Counted from the stretch's first letter, positions 10,245 through 20,654 are shown. The stretch is DNA of 64,000 nt from a virus (IMGVR_UViG_2974799246_000001:128001-192000), one strand, 5' to 3'. Notes: generated from the letters alone by a model not told the origin. Numbers and translations: made by a program.

Positions 10245-10554
10245 TAGGTTGCTCCTTGTAGCGCGGGAATACGGTAACGCTAATGCGCGTAGTGTCCTTA
10301 TGGTGTGGCTGCTCATCATGCGACACAAGCAGGACGTCGGTGACTTCCAGAGTGTTACGAATGAGAATAAGCAACTGACCTACAACGGACAAAGGATGGA
10401 TGAAGTTAGAGACAATCATGTTGATCTCGGTCACCTGAGCATGATCGCCTACGCTAACATCACCATCCCATTCTTCTACGTGCATACACGCACGGACAGC
10501 TTCACTCTTGAGCATATCCATATCGAGAGTGAAGGGTAATCGCTCTTTCATCAT
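10234..10554 (-). CDS. hypothetical protein
   Basis: ORF with AAGGAG SD. Confidence 0.55.
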   Translation of the reverse strand: MMKERLPFTLDMDMLKSEAVRACMHVEEWDGDVSVGDHAQVTEINMIVSNFIHPLSVVGQLLILIRNTLEVTDVLLVSHDEQPHHKDTTRISVTVFPRYKEQPNAS

Positions 10555-10594
10555 AAACTCCTTATAGGCTGCTGAAAAAGAGACAGTCTATAAA

Positions 10595-11059
10595 TTAGAA
10601 AGCGACACCCTTAAGGAACGTCCGGGCGAATTTAATGAAGATCTTTTGCTTGGCTTCGGGCAGCTTACGATAGCGCTGGATAATGTCTTCCAGTGAATCG
10701 TCTTCTGTCAGATCAACAGGTGAGACTACACCCACTTCACCTTTGTGCCAGTTAGCTTTCGTGACAGTCAGCAGGAACGTGCCTCGAACTTCGTCCGCAA
10801 CACGTTCGCCTGGACCGCCTACAGGAACACGCACTTTGGTATGTTCGATATCGGCAATGCGCTGAATAGCAACACCGTCTGGGAACTGAGCGAACACCTC
10901 AGTCAGATCGATATCGGCTTCATTGTTCGGCGCAGGGTTTTTAGCAGTGAACGACACGCGAAACGTAATGCCACCATCAACGTCGTACTGACCGTCGAAG
11001 ATGATCTTTTTGTTTGCGCGTAGAGTGTTGCAGATTAGAGTATGTAAGGGATCGAACAT
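10595..11059 (-). CDS. hypothetical protein
   Basis: ORF within operon, GAGG SD. Confidence 0.6.
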   Translation of the reverse strand: MFDPLHTLICNTLRANKKIIFDGQYDVDGGITFRVSFTAKNPAPNNEADIDLTEVFAQFPDGVAIQRIADIEHTKVRVPVGGPGERVADEVRGTFLLTVTKANWHKGEVGVVSPVDLTEDDSLEDIIQRYRKLPEAKQKIFIKFARTFLKGVAF

Positions 11060-11060
11060 G

Positions 11061-11597
11061 TTACTTCCTCAGATAGTCGGCCAGCATTTCAACATGATTA
11101 CGAATCATCCGCTTCTGGTCGAGTGTGAGTTTACTGAAAGGCGGCAGGTCTGGATAGATTCCCTGCATCGCCAGATACGTTGTCTGGATGTTGCGCTTAG
11201 GTGCAGGCTCTTCCTTTAGACACTTAAACATAACGTTAGTTAGCGTCCACGTATGCGTCTGACCATCAACAAGAATCGTTGAGTCTTCTGCATTTGTGAT
11301 CACAAGGTCGATGGAGTCAATAGCCATGCACACTTCATCAAGGCCAGACACGCTAACATCAAAATCATCATAGACACAGGTGCGTCCTGCACATGCACCA
11401 GTGCGCTGCCAGACGATCTTGATATCTGCCTTGTAGATGCCACGCAATTCACCGAGGTCTTTCTCGTACAGCGAATGTACCTTAATGTTACTGCCTGACT
11501 TCTTCAACAGCGCATTCATTTGCTGAACTACCATCAGCATTTGTTGTTGCAGCACATCCTCTGTGCTGACTACTTCGTTCAATGAAGTTTGCGGCAT
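11061..11597 (-). CDS. hypothetical protein
   Basis: TAATG overlap with the helicase gene. Confidence 0.6.
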   Translation of the reverse strand: MPQTSLNEVVSTEDVLQQQMLMVVQQMNALLKKSGSNIKVHSLYEKDLGELRGIYKADIKIVWQRTGACAGRTCVYDDFDVSVSGLDEVCMAIDSIDLVITNAEDSTILVDGQTHTWTLTNVMFKCLKEEPAPKRNIQTTYLAMQGIYPDLPPFSKLTLDQKRMIRNHVEMLADYLRK

Positions 11598-13198
11598 TAG
11601 AATCGCCTCATACCTAAGTTAGACGGCTGGCCTTTCACACGCGCTTCTGGTTCAAAGAAGTCTGGCAGTTCTCCATCGAGCGCTTCTTCTCTCGACACGA
11701 CTCCCATCCAGTCACGCAGTTTCTTCGGTGTACGCTTCGCTTTCGCGTAACCAAACTTCCAGCACATCTTGAGAACTGAACGAGCACACTGCATCGAGCG
11801 GTCCATCTTAGGATCAATGAACATACGAATAACAGGTGTGCGTTTGTTTTCCATCGGCGTCAGAATACGACACGATTCCTGTTTCCAGTTCGGTTCGTTA
11901 TTCATTGGCATGATGTAGTACAGCGTGTCCCACTTCGGAACGTTCAGGCCGCGCTGCATCAATTTCCTCATACCGACGACACAACGAATCTTACCTTCAC
12001 GCGCTGCATCAATGATTGGCTTACGACGCTTCGCCTCTTTCGCACCGCCGAGGAACACGGCTGCGACTTCTTCCATGTAATGCTCATTGATACGCTGCAC
12101 CAGACGACGAGCCTGATCAGTGAACATAATAGGTATCGCAATGCTTCGACCAGCATCAAGGTCTTTGATAATCCATTCAAAGATTTTGTCGTTACGGTCT
12201 GGATGGTTCGCCAGGAACTTACAGAACCGCACCCAACCACTTTTGTTGTTGTAGTTCGCTTTCGACTGCACACGCGATGAGGTCTTGTGCAACGTTACTT
12301 TCGGCACAAGCTCTTCCACGAATGCTTCGGCAATCACAGGCCCGAAGATAGATTCAATCAGGTAGTGACGTCCGTCTTTACGCTTAGGTGTTGCAGTCAG
12401 GCCGAAACGATACTTCATCTTGAGCGAGGCCAGTACGCGGCTGTAGCAGCTTGCGTTACCAGCGTGACACTCATCGACGAACAACGTACCGTAGTTCTCG
12501 TTCAGCAACTTGAGTCGCTTCTTCGAGTTCTTGCTGTCAGAGATCAACGACTGATAGGTCACCAGAATGATCTGGAAGTTCTTATAGTCATCGAGAGTTT
12601 TAGGGAAGCCATACAGCTTCTTACCTGTCTTCTCCTCCAGCTCTGGCAGGTTCGTCATCTGCTCGATAGTCTCCAAGAAACCATCAAGGAAGTCTTTCTG
12701 GTCAGCCATAATGACTGTACGGAATCCAGAGTGACACGCACCAGCAGTACCGATAACTGTCTTACCAGAACGAGGCGGTGCTTTAAACACACCACACAGT
12801 TCGCCGAACATCTTCTCGAACGGCTCTTCCTGATAATCACGCAGCTTACCAGTGAACTTCACTTTATAGTCGAATGGCACACGGCTCGTACCATTGACGA
12901 ACTTCACTTCTTTCAGGCTTAACCCTGCTGTACGTTCGAAGCGGTGCATCTCGCCGTAAGGAATCGAAACGTAACGCTTACCCTTAATGTCAGAGTATTT
13001 GGCCAGCACGGTTATATCAACCAGTCCACCTTTAGAACACTGACGGCATTCTTCGGATGGACGTATAGAACGAAACTCACAGTTCTTACAAGCGGCGTTG
13101 TCGAACTCGTAGTGAGTCATCTTCTTGATGATGTTGTCAGCGTCTACATGCTTAACAGGAATGTGCAGACGGCTATCGACCAATACTTTGGCAGTCAC
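11597..13198 (-). CDS. superfamily 2 DNA helicase (UvsW-like)
   Basis: LRDYQ Q-motif, APPRSGKT Walker A, DECH, GLTATP, GLNVP, QESCRILT. Confidence 0.88.
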   Translation of the reverse strand: MTAKVLVDSRLHIPVKHVDADNIIKKMTHYEFDNAACKNCEFRSIRPSEECRQCSKGGLVDITVLAKYSDIKGKRYVSIPYGEMHRFERTAGLSLKEVKFVNGTSRVPFDYKVKFTGKLRDYQEEPFEKMFGELCGVFKAPPRSGKTVIGTAGACHSGFRTVIMADQKDFLDGFLETIEQMTNLPELEEKTGKKLYGFPKTLDDYKNFQIILVTYQSLISDSKNSKKRLKLLNENYGTLFVDECHAGNASCYSRVLASLKMKYRFGLTATPKRKDGRHYLIESIFGPVIAEAFVEELVPKVTLHKTSSRVQSKANYNNKSGWVRFCKFLANHPDRNDKIFEWIIKDLDAGRSIAIPIMFTDQARRLVQRINEHYMEEVAAVFLGGAKEAKRRKPIIDAAREGKIRCVVGMRKLMQRGLNVPKWDTLYYIMPMNNEPNWKQESCRILTPMENKRTPVIRMFIDPKMDRSMQCARSVLKMCWKFGYAKAKRTPKKLRDWMGVVSREEALDGELPDFFEPEARVKGQPSNLGMRRF

Positions 13199-13200
13199 AT

Positions 13201-13752
13201 CTATTTCCTTGAGTTCGGCAGACCGTACTCACGCTGATTGATCAGGCTCATCGTATCAACCAGTGCGCGATAAGCAAAGCCACACTTGTCGATATCCTTG
13301 ATATACAAATCAAGTTCCTCTTTGAGCAAATCAAGTTGATCAGCGTAACGGTAATACTCCGCCATAATGTTTCTGACACAACGCTCACGCTCTTTGGCGG
13401 CGCCGACGGCTTTCAGATCTTTTGCATACGTGACCGAAGCGTAATCCTGAAATCGTTCCAACATGTCATTTAACAGTTTCGAGGCTGCGTGAACATGCGT
13501 CATAATCTCAGTCATACGGCTTCGGTACGATTGATCTTGAATTATCGACTCAGCCACCTTGTTGAGAGCGTTAGGGTCACCAGAGACATTCAGCGTTCTG
13601 ACTTTACGAATCTTAAACAACTGCCGAGCTTCATCCTGATACTCTGCTAATGGCAGTTGAAACAGATCGTTGGTCTTATAGATATCGCGCAACTTTTTGT
13701 AGCGCTTATCCTCTTTGACCTTTAATCGTATACGCTTTAGGTCGTCCATCAA
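13201..13752 (-). CDS. UvsY-like recombination mediator (putative)
   Basis: Helical protein next to the UvsW-like helicase. C-terminal IKDIDKCGFAYRALVD resembles the T4 UvsY C-terminus pattern. Confidence 0.45.
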   Translation of the reverse strand: MMDDLKRIRLKVKEDKRYKKLRDIYKTNDLFQLPLAEYQDEARQLFKIRKVRTLNVSGDPNALNKVAESIIQDQSYRSRMTEIMTHVHAASKLLNDMLERFQDYASVTYAKDLKAVGAAKERERCVRNIMAEYYRYADQLDLLKEELDLYIKDIDKCGFAYRALVDTMSLINQREYGLPNSRK

Positions 13753-14183
13753 TCACCTCTATCGGTTACCAGAAGAGGACTGTCTGGAGTCTTGTGCGGC
13801 ATAGCGAAGAAACTACCATGCTCATCACGATACACCAACAGACCTCCAGATGACCCTTCAATCGGGCAGGTAAAGTTAAATATCTTTTCAAGAGGCGGCA
13901 TATAGCTAACAGACACGTCATTAAACGTGCACCACTTGGCAGACACTTCAATCAACGAACCAACGACAGTATCGGCAAGGCGCAGGTAAGACTGCTTGAA
14001 GTGGTAACTATGTTCGATAGGAGCCACACTATCAATCGTCAGCTCATCACCGTACACAGCCTTATAAATTAGGCAGAAGCGGCGACGGCCACGAGGAGCA
14101 TTCGGTATTTCATACAGTACATCATGTATGAGTGAAGAAACGTCCCCACAGAGGACGTTTTTCTTGATCACCAGATTGATCAT
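13749..14183 (-). CDS. hypothetical protein
   Basis: ATGA overlaps on both sides. Confidence 0.55.
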   Translation of the reverse strand: MINLVIKKNVLCGDVSSLIHDVLYEIPNAPRGRRRFCLIYKAVYGDELTIDSVAPIEHSYHFKQSYLRLADTVVGSLIEVSAKWCTFNDVSVSYMPPLEKIFNFTCPIEGSSGGLLVYRDEHGSFFAMPHKTPDSPLLVTDRGD

Positions 14184-15358
14184 GCTGGCAGGTAACCGAA
14201 GTACAACAGCGTGTGCGTGTCGAACTTGTAGTTCAGGCTGAATGCGTTCAGGCTATTGATGCTGCTGCCGTGGAAGCCCATGTTGTGGCGTTCTTCACGA
14301 CCGATGTTACGCAGCAACTCACGGATGATACGCATATCGAGAGCGGTAGTGAATTCCTTCTCGATTGGTTTCGCCAGCTTGAGACTATCCTGTACGCTAC
14401 CGCTATCGTTACCAAACTTGAGTCGAAACTCTTGCTTCTTAACGTGGAGCTTCGCGTTCGTGTTACCCTTCTTCTCAATCAGAGTCGAGATGTTGGCGAA
14501 CGGCGCGGACAGGTCACCTTTGATTACACAACCCAGAATCGGTTTACCGAGTTGCGCAATCATGTTGTCCATGTAGCGATAGTCTTCATCGCTTGCCTGA
14601 ATCGGAGGCAGAGTCAGTACGAACGATTCCGCTTCGGCAGCAAACGAACTGCTATCAACATGGAACGTTACCTTCTCCTCACCGCAGAAGCGATACACCA
14701 GATCGAACATCTCGCCCGTCATACTGAAACGGAATGGCTTCACTTTCTTTTTCAGTTCAGAACGATAACGAGAAGACGTCCAGTGACCAGGACTAACGAG
14801 CGACAGACTTGTACCGTCACAGATAACGCGACACATAACAGTCTGACCTGTGATGGTATCTTTCAAGCGAGTCAGCTTAACGCCTTGAGTCATCGCGTCG
14901 ATTACTTCACGCGTCATCTCATGGCCACCTTCGATATGGTGATGCAGACCCTGTTCAACCATCGGGATTTGTTCGGCAGACACAGGACGCAATTTAAGCT
15001 CGGCCTTGTATTTGCCTTTCTGTTCGCTGATGTGCAGCACCTTACCGTCGAACTCAACGTTCAGTTCCTTACGCTTGTTGATCAAGCCAGTCAACTGAAT
15101 CGGGTCGATGTTCATTACTGTATCGGTGTCAGCAGTTGCGCCAGGTACCAGATACGCAACGAAGGTATCTGGAGTACGGCCCAACACGAACACGTCAGAC
15201 TTGTACGTTACCAACAGATGGATATGCGTCAACTTATCGTCCGACTCGGAGAAGCGCGTTACCAGATCAACACGTTTCAGAATGTCTGACAGGAACGTAC
15301 CATTTAGTGTCAGGTTGCAGCTCTTAGCGGGGTTCTTCGGCAGTCGGCAAGTCTTCAT
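14180..15358 (-). CDS. DNA sliding clamp, Pol III beta-like (putative)
   Basis: About 390 aa with a three-fold repeated helix/beta pattern, next to the DNA polymerase. A DnaX-type loader is in the same window. Confidence 0.6.
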   Translation of the reverse strand: MKTCRLPKNPAKSCNLTLNGTFLSDILKRVDLVTRFSESDDKLTHIHLLVTYKSDVFVLGRTPDTFVAYLVPGATADTDTVMNIDPIQLTGLINKRKELNVEFDGKVLHISEQKGKYKAELKLRPVSAEQIPMVEQGLHHHIEGGHEMTREVIDAMTQGVKLTRLKDTITGQTVMCRVICDGTSLSLVSPGHWTSSRYRSELKKKVKPFRFSMTGEMFDLVYRFCGEEKVTFHVDSSSFAAEAESFVLTLPPIQASDEDYRYMDNMIAQLGKPILGCVIKGDLSAPFANISTLIEKKGNTNAKLHVKKQEFRLKFGNDSGSVQDSLKLAKPIEKEFTTALDMRIIRELLRNIGREERHNMGFHGSSINSLNAFSLNYKFDTHTLLYFGYLPA

Positions 15359-15620
15359 CTCTATCCTCTAAAACAAATTGTAGTGTGCCCTGTATATTTA
15401 CAGCTTCAAGGCGCTTACCTGTAGGCATTAACAGGCCATTCAACACACCCAGCATATCAGCGCTGTGGCAGTCAGGTGCTATCTGGTGAACGTAGATATC
15501 ATCAGGCACATCACCTGGGTTAAGCTGCCAAGCAGTACGCAAGGCAGCACCCATGAATGCCGGGCGCTCTACCAGATGCCTGTTCAAAAATGAACATACG
15601 TCTTCGGCGCTCAACGTCAT
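15324..15620 (-). CDS. hypothetical protein
   Basis: ATGA overlap with the polymerase stop. Confidence 0.5.
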   Translation of the reverse strand: MTLSAEDVCSFLNRHLVERPAFMGAALRTAWQLNPGDVPDDIYVHQIAPDCHSADMLGVLNGLLMPTGKRLEAVNIQGTLQFVLEDRDEDLPTAEEPR

Positions 15621-18600
15621 TTCTTACCAATCCCCTTAAGTGCGGAACGGAGCATCGACTTACTGATTTTGATTTTCTTAGGAGCACCATCACCCATCGC
15701 AGCCGCTGCTTTCTTAGCTTTCTCGTCTGCTTCGTATTTCTCAAAGGTTTTGATGTTCTTCGGAAGTTCAGCAAGCCACTCTTTGATGTTCTTCTTGTCC
15801 TTGTTGGTGAGTGGATTGACCTTGTCCATCGACCGAATCTTAATGTCGTTGGCCCAAAGTTGTTTCTTCATCCAATCGGACATAAGGTGATACTGGTCCT
15901 GCATGATGCTGTCAGTTACTTTGTCAACATCGAGGTCCTTCTCACCCAGCTCATCACGTTTGACGATCAGACCATCACGAATGAGTTTCTTGAGTTGAAC
16001 GTAAGAGAAGTTCCAACCCTGCACGTCTTTCTCCGATGCACCGATTTCAAAGTCAATCTCAGGCACGGATGTGAACGCAAATCCTTCGTGACGTTTCTGT
16101 ACGACTTCGACCACTGCGCTGGTCATCGCACGTTCGATCATATCGAGCGCAAGGAAGATCCATTTATAATCGCAGTCAACGGTCAAGGAGTCGTGTACCG
16201 ATACGTTCATATCGAAGTCAGGGTACTCACCATTCGCTTTGAAGTAGTCATACTTCATGCGGTCCAGAATACGAATCGCACTCATCATCAAGTCAGAACC
16301 GAATCCCTGTACTGGACTGTTTACCGCACGACGGTCACAAGCGGCATGAACCATGTTCGCTTCTTTGTGTGACTCAGGCAGCATCAATCCCCAGAGGTGA
16401 CGACGACGACCAACTGGCGATTCGACATAGAAGTTCTCGTGTGCAAACTTCTTGATCTTGTCGAACCATTTTAAGCCAACAGGGAAACGAGTAAGGAACT
16501 TGCCTTTGATTTCGGCAATCTCTTTCACGTCACGACCAGTAGACTTCGCAAGACCCTTATCGCCCTGCTGATAGATCAGTCCGAAGATTACGGTCTTAAC
16601 CGCGTTACGTACGGACTTGGTTACGTCCATTACGTTTGGAATACCGAAGAAGTATGCGGCGTTGATTTTGTGAACGTCACCTTCTGCTTCGACGCGGTGC
16701 TCGATCCACGGGTCAGGTACTGTACGGAAACGATGACGTAACTTACGGCCTTGCTCGAATACGTCTGCAACGCCTTGGTCACCTGAGATGATCGACCAGC
16801 CCCTTACTTCGTGGGCTGAGTAGTCGACCTTGATTAGTAAACGGTTCTTACGTGCAATCAAGATACGCTTGATCAGTTTACCCATCTCACTACGACTCGG
16901 TACCTGTTGCAAGTTCGGGTCAGACGCCGAGGTACGACCCGTTACAACTCCAAGATAACCATACGTCGGTCGGATTGATCTATCGTGTTTGAAGTCTTCC
17001 GATTCGCCCCAGAGTTTAAGCAGGCTGTTAACGTAGGCGTTCTTGAGCTTGTACGCCTTTCCGAGTTTCGAGTAGAGAGCAACAAGCGGTATATCTGCAT
17101 ACGCCGCTTGGAAGTCCTTGTCCAGCTTGCCTGTCTTCTTACCGTTCTCACGTAGCTGTTCCCCTTCTTTCAGAGGCTTGAGTTTCATCACGTCGAAGAA
17201 CAGGATTTGTTTATGCTCCGACTTCGACATATCGAACTTCGTGACCTCGACTTTGCCCATAAGACCCATCTTAGGAACATTGTCGTCTTTGCAGATCAGT
17301 TTGTTCGCAGCCTTAACTTCAGGGCTGTTCATGAACTCACGCTCTACGTTCCGAATCTCCTCGTTAATAGGAGAGTTCGGCAGGTTGAGCTTAAACAGGT
17401 AGTCTATATCAGCACCAGCACCTGTTGTCTCCAGAATCGAGAACGCATGAATCTGGTCGGAGATTTGCTCACTGACCATAGACTCATACTTGGCGTACTT
17501 GATATCGTTGGCTCGCTTGAGTTGTTGCTCTGCGATTCGGAAAGGAACGATAACGTCAAGCCCTGCGTATTCCTGAACACTCTCGTCCAAGTCAACGTCG
17601 GCAATCGTCGCTCGCATCTCTTTACCGAACGATACTTCATGATACACCTGACAGCCGTACTGCATCGTCAGGTTCGCTAAGTTGTAATAACCAGCGCCCG
17701 TAACGTTAAGCAATGACTTGGCGTTCTCATCGTTCGCAAACTCACCAGCCTGAATATCCCACACGTTCGCGGCGTAACTACGAATGCCGAAGTTGGAACG
17801 CATTACGTTCAGGTCGAACTTCGCGTTGGTGTAGATTTGATACTTGTTCGAGTTCTCCTCAAAGAAGTCTTTGAATAGCTCACGAACCTTGCGTAGTTCT
17901 TTCGGACTGAATGGACTGTCGCGGTGATAAATCGGAATGACATACGCCTTCTGACCGTCGTCCGATAACTGCACCGTTAAGAGTTTATTCTTGATACGGT
18001 TAAGGTTCTCGGTTTCGGTATCGACTGCAACCTTCTTGGCGCGCTTCATACGCTTCAAGATTTTCTCAAGTTGCTTGACCTTCGTTACATACACGAGATC
18101 CCAGTTACGCTTCTTACCACACGTAACCTCTGCGATCTTATAGCGCATCCCCTTGTTAAGCCACGGCAACATCCAGCGAGCCATGTAACCAAGCGTGTAC
18201 GATGAGCCAGCAATGTGCATCGGGTTTAGAACGGTATGATAACTAACGTTCGGCAGATGGACGAAGCTGTGTTTCTTCGAACCGTGTTTGACCTTTGTCG
18301 GTATCTCAACACCGTACCAATGCTCATAGTGATCTTTCGAGAATTGAATCTTCTCGTTGTTCAGCGCTTTGAATGGCGCCTTACCAAACGTCAGCACGTA
18401 ATCAGGTTTGTAATCTACAATGATCTCCCGAATACGGTCAGCGAATGCGGCATCGGCATCTTCCTTAAACTGTTCACCCTTGTCATAGGTCTTGAACATG
18501 TTGTACGAGACAACGAGGAAGTTCCAATCGTCGAGAGTCGTCTTGGTCGGAAACGTATCTTCAAGATACTGAATCTGGTTCAAGAACAACTCACCTTCTG

Positions 18601-18784
18601 TCGAGGTAAAGATTCTGCCGCTACGCAGATCTTCGGTCGGCATATGATCGAGGACGAGAAGTGCTTTGCCACCTTTAGCGCTTTTACTTACGCTTTTCAA
18701 AAGTCGAACGCCATCGTAGGTCTGCATGTCTGCAAACTGTTCAGGCGGTTCGAAGTCGAGGGATATAAACTTTGGTTTTTCCAC
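15617..18784 (-). CDS. polA: family A DNA polymerase with N-terminal UDG-like domain and 3'-5' exonuclease
   Basis: ExoI DTETE, ExoII NAKFD, ExoIII YAGLD, TGRTSASDPNLQQ, motif A DYSAHE, motif B RNAVKTVIFGLIY, motif C VHDS. Confidence 0.93.
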   Translation of the reverse strand: MEKPKFISLDFEPPEQFADMQTYDGVRLLKSVSKSAKGGKALLVLDHMPTEDLRSGRIFTSTEGELFLNQIQYLEDTFPTKTTLDDWNFLVVSYNMFKTYDKGEQFKEDADAAFADRIREIIVDYKPDYVLTFGKAPFKALNNEKIQFSKDHYEHWYGVEIPTKVKHGSKKHSFVHLPNVSYHTVLNPMHIAGSSYTLGYMARWMLPWLNKGMRYKIAEVTCGKKRNWDLVYVTKVKQLEKILKRMKRAKKVAVDTETENLNRIKNKLLTVQLSDDGQKAYVIPIYHRDSPFSPKELRKVRELFKDFFEENSNKYQIYTNAKFDLNVMRSNFGIRSYAANVWDIQAGEFANDENAKSLLNVTGAGYYNLANLTMQYGCQVYHEVSFGKEMRATIADVDLDESVQEYAGLDVIVPFRIAEQQLKRANDIKYAKYESMVSEQISDQIHAFSILETTGAGADIDYLFKLNLPNSPINEEIRNVEREFMNSPEVKAANKLICKDDNVPKMGLMGKVEVTKFDMSKSEHKQILFFDVMKLKPLKEGEQLRENGKKTGKLDKDFQAAYADIPLVALYSKLGKAYKLKNAYVNSLLKLWGESEDFKHDRSIRPTYGYLGVVTGRTSASDPNLQQVPSRSEMGKLIKRILIARKNRLLIKVDYSAHEVRGWSIISGDQGVADVFEQGRKLRHRFRTVPDPWIEHRVEAEGDVHKINAAYFFGIPNVMDVTKSVRNAVKTVIFGLIYQQGDKGLAKSTGRDVKEIAEIKGKFLTRFPVGLKWFDKIKKFAHENFYVESPVGRRRHLWGLMLPESHKEANMVHAACDRRAVNSPVQGFGSDLMMSAIRILDRMKYDYFKANGEYPDFDMNVSVHDSLTVDCDYKWIFLALDMIERAMTSAVVEVVQKRHEGFAFTSVPEIDFEIGASEKDVQGWNFSYVQLKKLIRDGLIVKRDELGEKDLDVDKVTDSIMQDQYHLMSDWMKKQLWANDIKIRSMDKVNPLTNKDKKNIKEWLAELPKNIKTFEKYEADEKAKKAAAAMGDGAPKKIKISKSMLRSALKGIGKK

Positions 18785-18822
18785 CAGCTAGTCCTATCAA
18801 TGTCTCACAATGTGATGGCAGT

Positions 18823-18831
18823 TATTTACAG
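18823..18831 (-). promoter_or_regulatory. CTGTAAATA promoter-like motif (representative copy, upstream of DNA pol)
   Basis: The same motif lies in the correct orientation upstream of about 11 replication/metabolic genes (see findings). Confidence 0.7.
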
Positions 18832-18843
18832 ATTTTAGAAACG

Positions 18844-18870
18844 AAAAAGGGCACCCTAAGGCACCCTTTT
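18844..18870. terminator. intrinsic terminator
   Basis: AAAAAGGGCACC-CTAA-GGCACCCTTTT hairpin. Confidence 0.7.
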
Positions 18871-18873
18871 GTA

Positions 18874-20052
18874 TTAAAGTTTACGCAGACCTTTCTTAAT
18901 AGCCGCTTGCGCTTGGGCCGCAGTAGGGTCTTTCGTCGCAAACAGTTCGATAACGTTCTTGATTGATTCCAGCTCGCCCAAATGAATCTGAACGTTTTGC
19001 ACTTTCTTCAAATGGTCACCGATAAAGGTCATCAGCCAACCCTTCTGCTTCATAACGACAGAAACTTCCAGTCCCTTATATTCGAAGGAGAACTGGTTGC
19101 CCGTAGTGCGAAGCAGTTTAGCAGCGCCTGGGGTAGGCTCAACAGCACGGATGAACTTCGGCGCGTACTTGCTGGCCGTCTGAGTACGCAATACTGAGTA
19201 CGCAGGGTCGAATGTCACAGCACCCGCGGCCACAGTCGCAGCTTTCTTGCTCGGCGTACCGACCTTGCCGACCAGCTTAGTGATTGCAGCAGCGAATGCA
19301 GCAGGCGTAGGACGACGCAATTCCTGACCGATCACAATACCACCAGTGTTGGTAGTAGCGCCGATATGCCATGAAGTCGAACGCTCGTACTCATGGAACT
19401 CATACGGTGGGTCGATATGAATCTCACGGTAGCGGGCGTTAGGGTTTGCAGCACTGAACGTCCAGTCAGACGACTGACCATTGCTTGGTGTGTGCTCGCC
19501 AACAAACGTCAGGCCTGTTGCTTCTGACAACGCGGCAGCAATAGAATCAATCTGCGTCTGCGTCACGTTGTTCATGAATTTAGGACCAATACGTGCGAGA
19601 TCGATCTTAGGCAGAGTGGCGTTCTGGTTCACGCGTTGCGCTACGACTTTAGCAGGCTTGATGCCTGTATCACCCTTAGTCTTAGCGACACGCTGAGGTT
19701 TGACCGCAGCTTTTGCAGTATCGTTCGGCGCAGTCACTTTGATCTTGACCGCACGAAGGCCGTTGATAGTAGCCACCAGCGTCTTCGCCTTGTACAGGTT
19801 CTTGATCGCAGTGACTGCATTCTTACCGGCAGCCTTCTTCGCAAAGGTAGTGGTCGCTTCGGTATCTTTCAGGATATCGAGAATGGCTTCGAGCTTGGCG
19901 GTGTCCAGCTCTTTGATTTTTACCAGCTCGTCGATACGCTTGATCAGCACTTTGGCATTCTTACCAAAGAGAATCTCTGCGTTAGCGACTTGAGCTTTGG
20001 TAGCAGCAGAGATAGACACCACTGCACCGCTGTTCATTGTCATTTCGTACAT
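18874..20052 (-). CDS. Lys/Ala-rich putative internal head protein
   Basis: AAGGA SD; basic composition; N-terminal VSISAA leader. Confidence 0.6.
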   Translation of the reverse strand: MYEMTMNSGAVVSISAATKAQVANAEILFGKNAKVLIKRIDELVKIKELDTAKLEAILDILKDTEATTTFAKKAAGKNAVTAIKNLYKAKTLVATINGLRAVKIKVTAPNDTAKAAVKPQRVAKTKGDTGIKPAKVVAQRVNQNATLPKIDLARIGPKFMNNVTQTQIDSIAAALSEATGLTFVGEHTPSNGQSSDWTFSAANPNARYREIHIDPPYEFHEYERSTSWHIGATTNTGGIVIGQELRRPTPAAFAAAITKLVGKVGTPSKKAATVAAGAVTFDPAYSVLRTQTASKYAPKFIRAVEPTPGAAKLLRTTGNQFSFEYKGLEVSVVMKQKGWLMTFIGDHLKKVQNVQIHLGELESIKNVIELFATKDPTAAQAQAAIKKGLRKL

Positions 20053-20061
20053 TGCTGTTCC

Positions 20062-20613
20062 TTATCGCTTCTTGGTCCAGTTGGAGTTCTGCTTAGGCTG
20101 CTGGTTATGTGCAGGTGCAGGCGTGTTGTCGTCCTCAATGTCATCTTCTTCATCGTCGATGACTTCTTCTTCCTTTTCAGGCTCAGGCGCTTTCACCTGA
20201 GTATTAAGGACAGAGGCTGCGAGTGGGGTCTGCTGCACAGTATTTACAGTAGCAACAGGCTCTTGCACTGCGGCAGCACGCGCAGCAGCAACTTCACCAA
20301 CAGCGTGTTCGTGGACCATAGCAACAGTAACCAATTGACCTTTCTCTTTCAAGATCTCATCGGCGCGAGCTTGATCCCACTTGTCCCAAAGAATATCGAG
20401 GCCCTTGTGCATATAGTTCATGCCAGCAGGGAGCTTGCCACGACCATTGAACGGCAGACCGTTCGAAGGAGTAGCTGGCTCGAACTCGTCCATCATCTCC
20501 CACTTACGTTTTGCTTCAATACACTTAGGGCCCCAGACGCCGTCACACAAACCATCATAGAGTCCCATCATGGTCATGATAAGCTGGAGCTTCTGGTAGA
20601 ATTTATTGAGCAT
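20062..20613 (-). CDS. peptidoglycan-binding domain protein with acidic/disordered tail
   Basis: LQLIMTMMGLY...DGVWGPKC...RKWE matches the PG_binding_1 pattern (DGxxGxxT). Confidence 0.65.
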   Translation of the reverse strand: MLNKFYQKLQLIMTMMGLYDGLCDGVWGPKCIEAKRKWEMMDEFEPATPSNGLPFNGRGKLPAGMNYMHKGLDILWDKWDQARADEILKEKGQLVTVAMVHEHAVGEVAAARAAAVQEPVATVNTVQQTPLAASVLNTQVKAPEPEKEEEVIDDEEDDIEDDNTPAPAHNQQPKQNSNWTKKR

Positions 20614-20635
20614 TATGTTTTCCTTGCGGCAAATG

Positions 20636-20654
20636 AAAGGGGCCGAAGCCCCTT
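20636..20654 (-). terminator. intrinsic terminator
   Basis: AAGGGG-CTTCGG-CCCCTTT on the minus strand. Confidence 0.7.

Noticed and set aside
20241-20249. CTGTAAATA copy inside 20062-20613 (also a partial copy near 54790)
   Set aside because: Intragenic and far from any start codon; not counted as a promoter.
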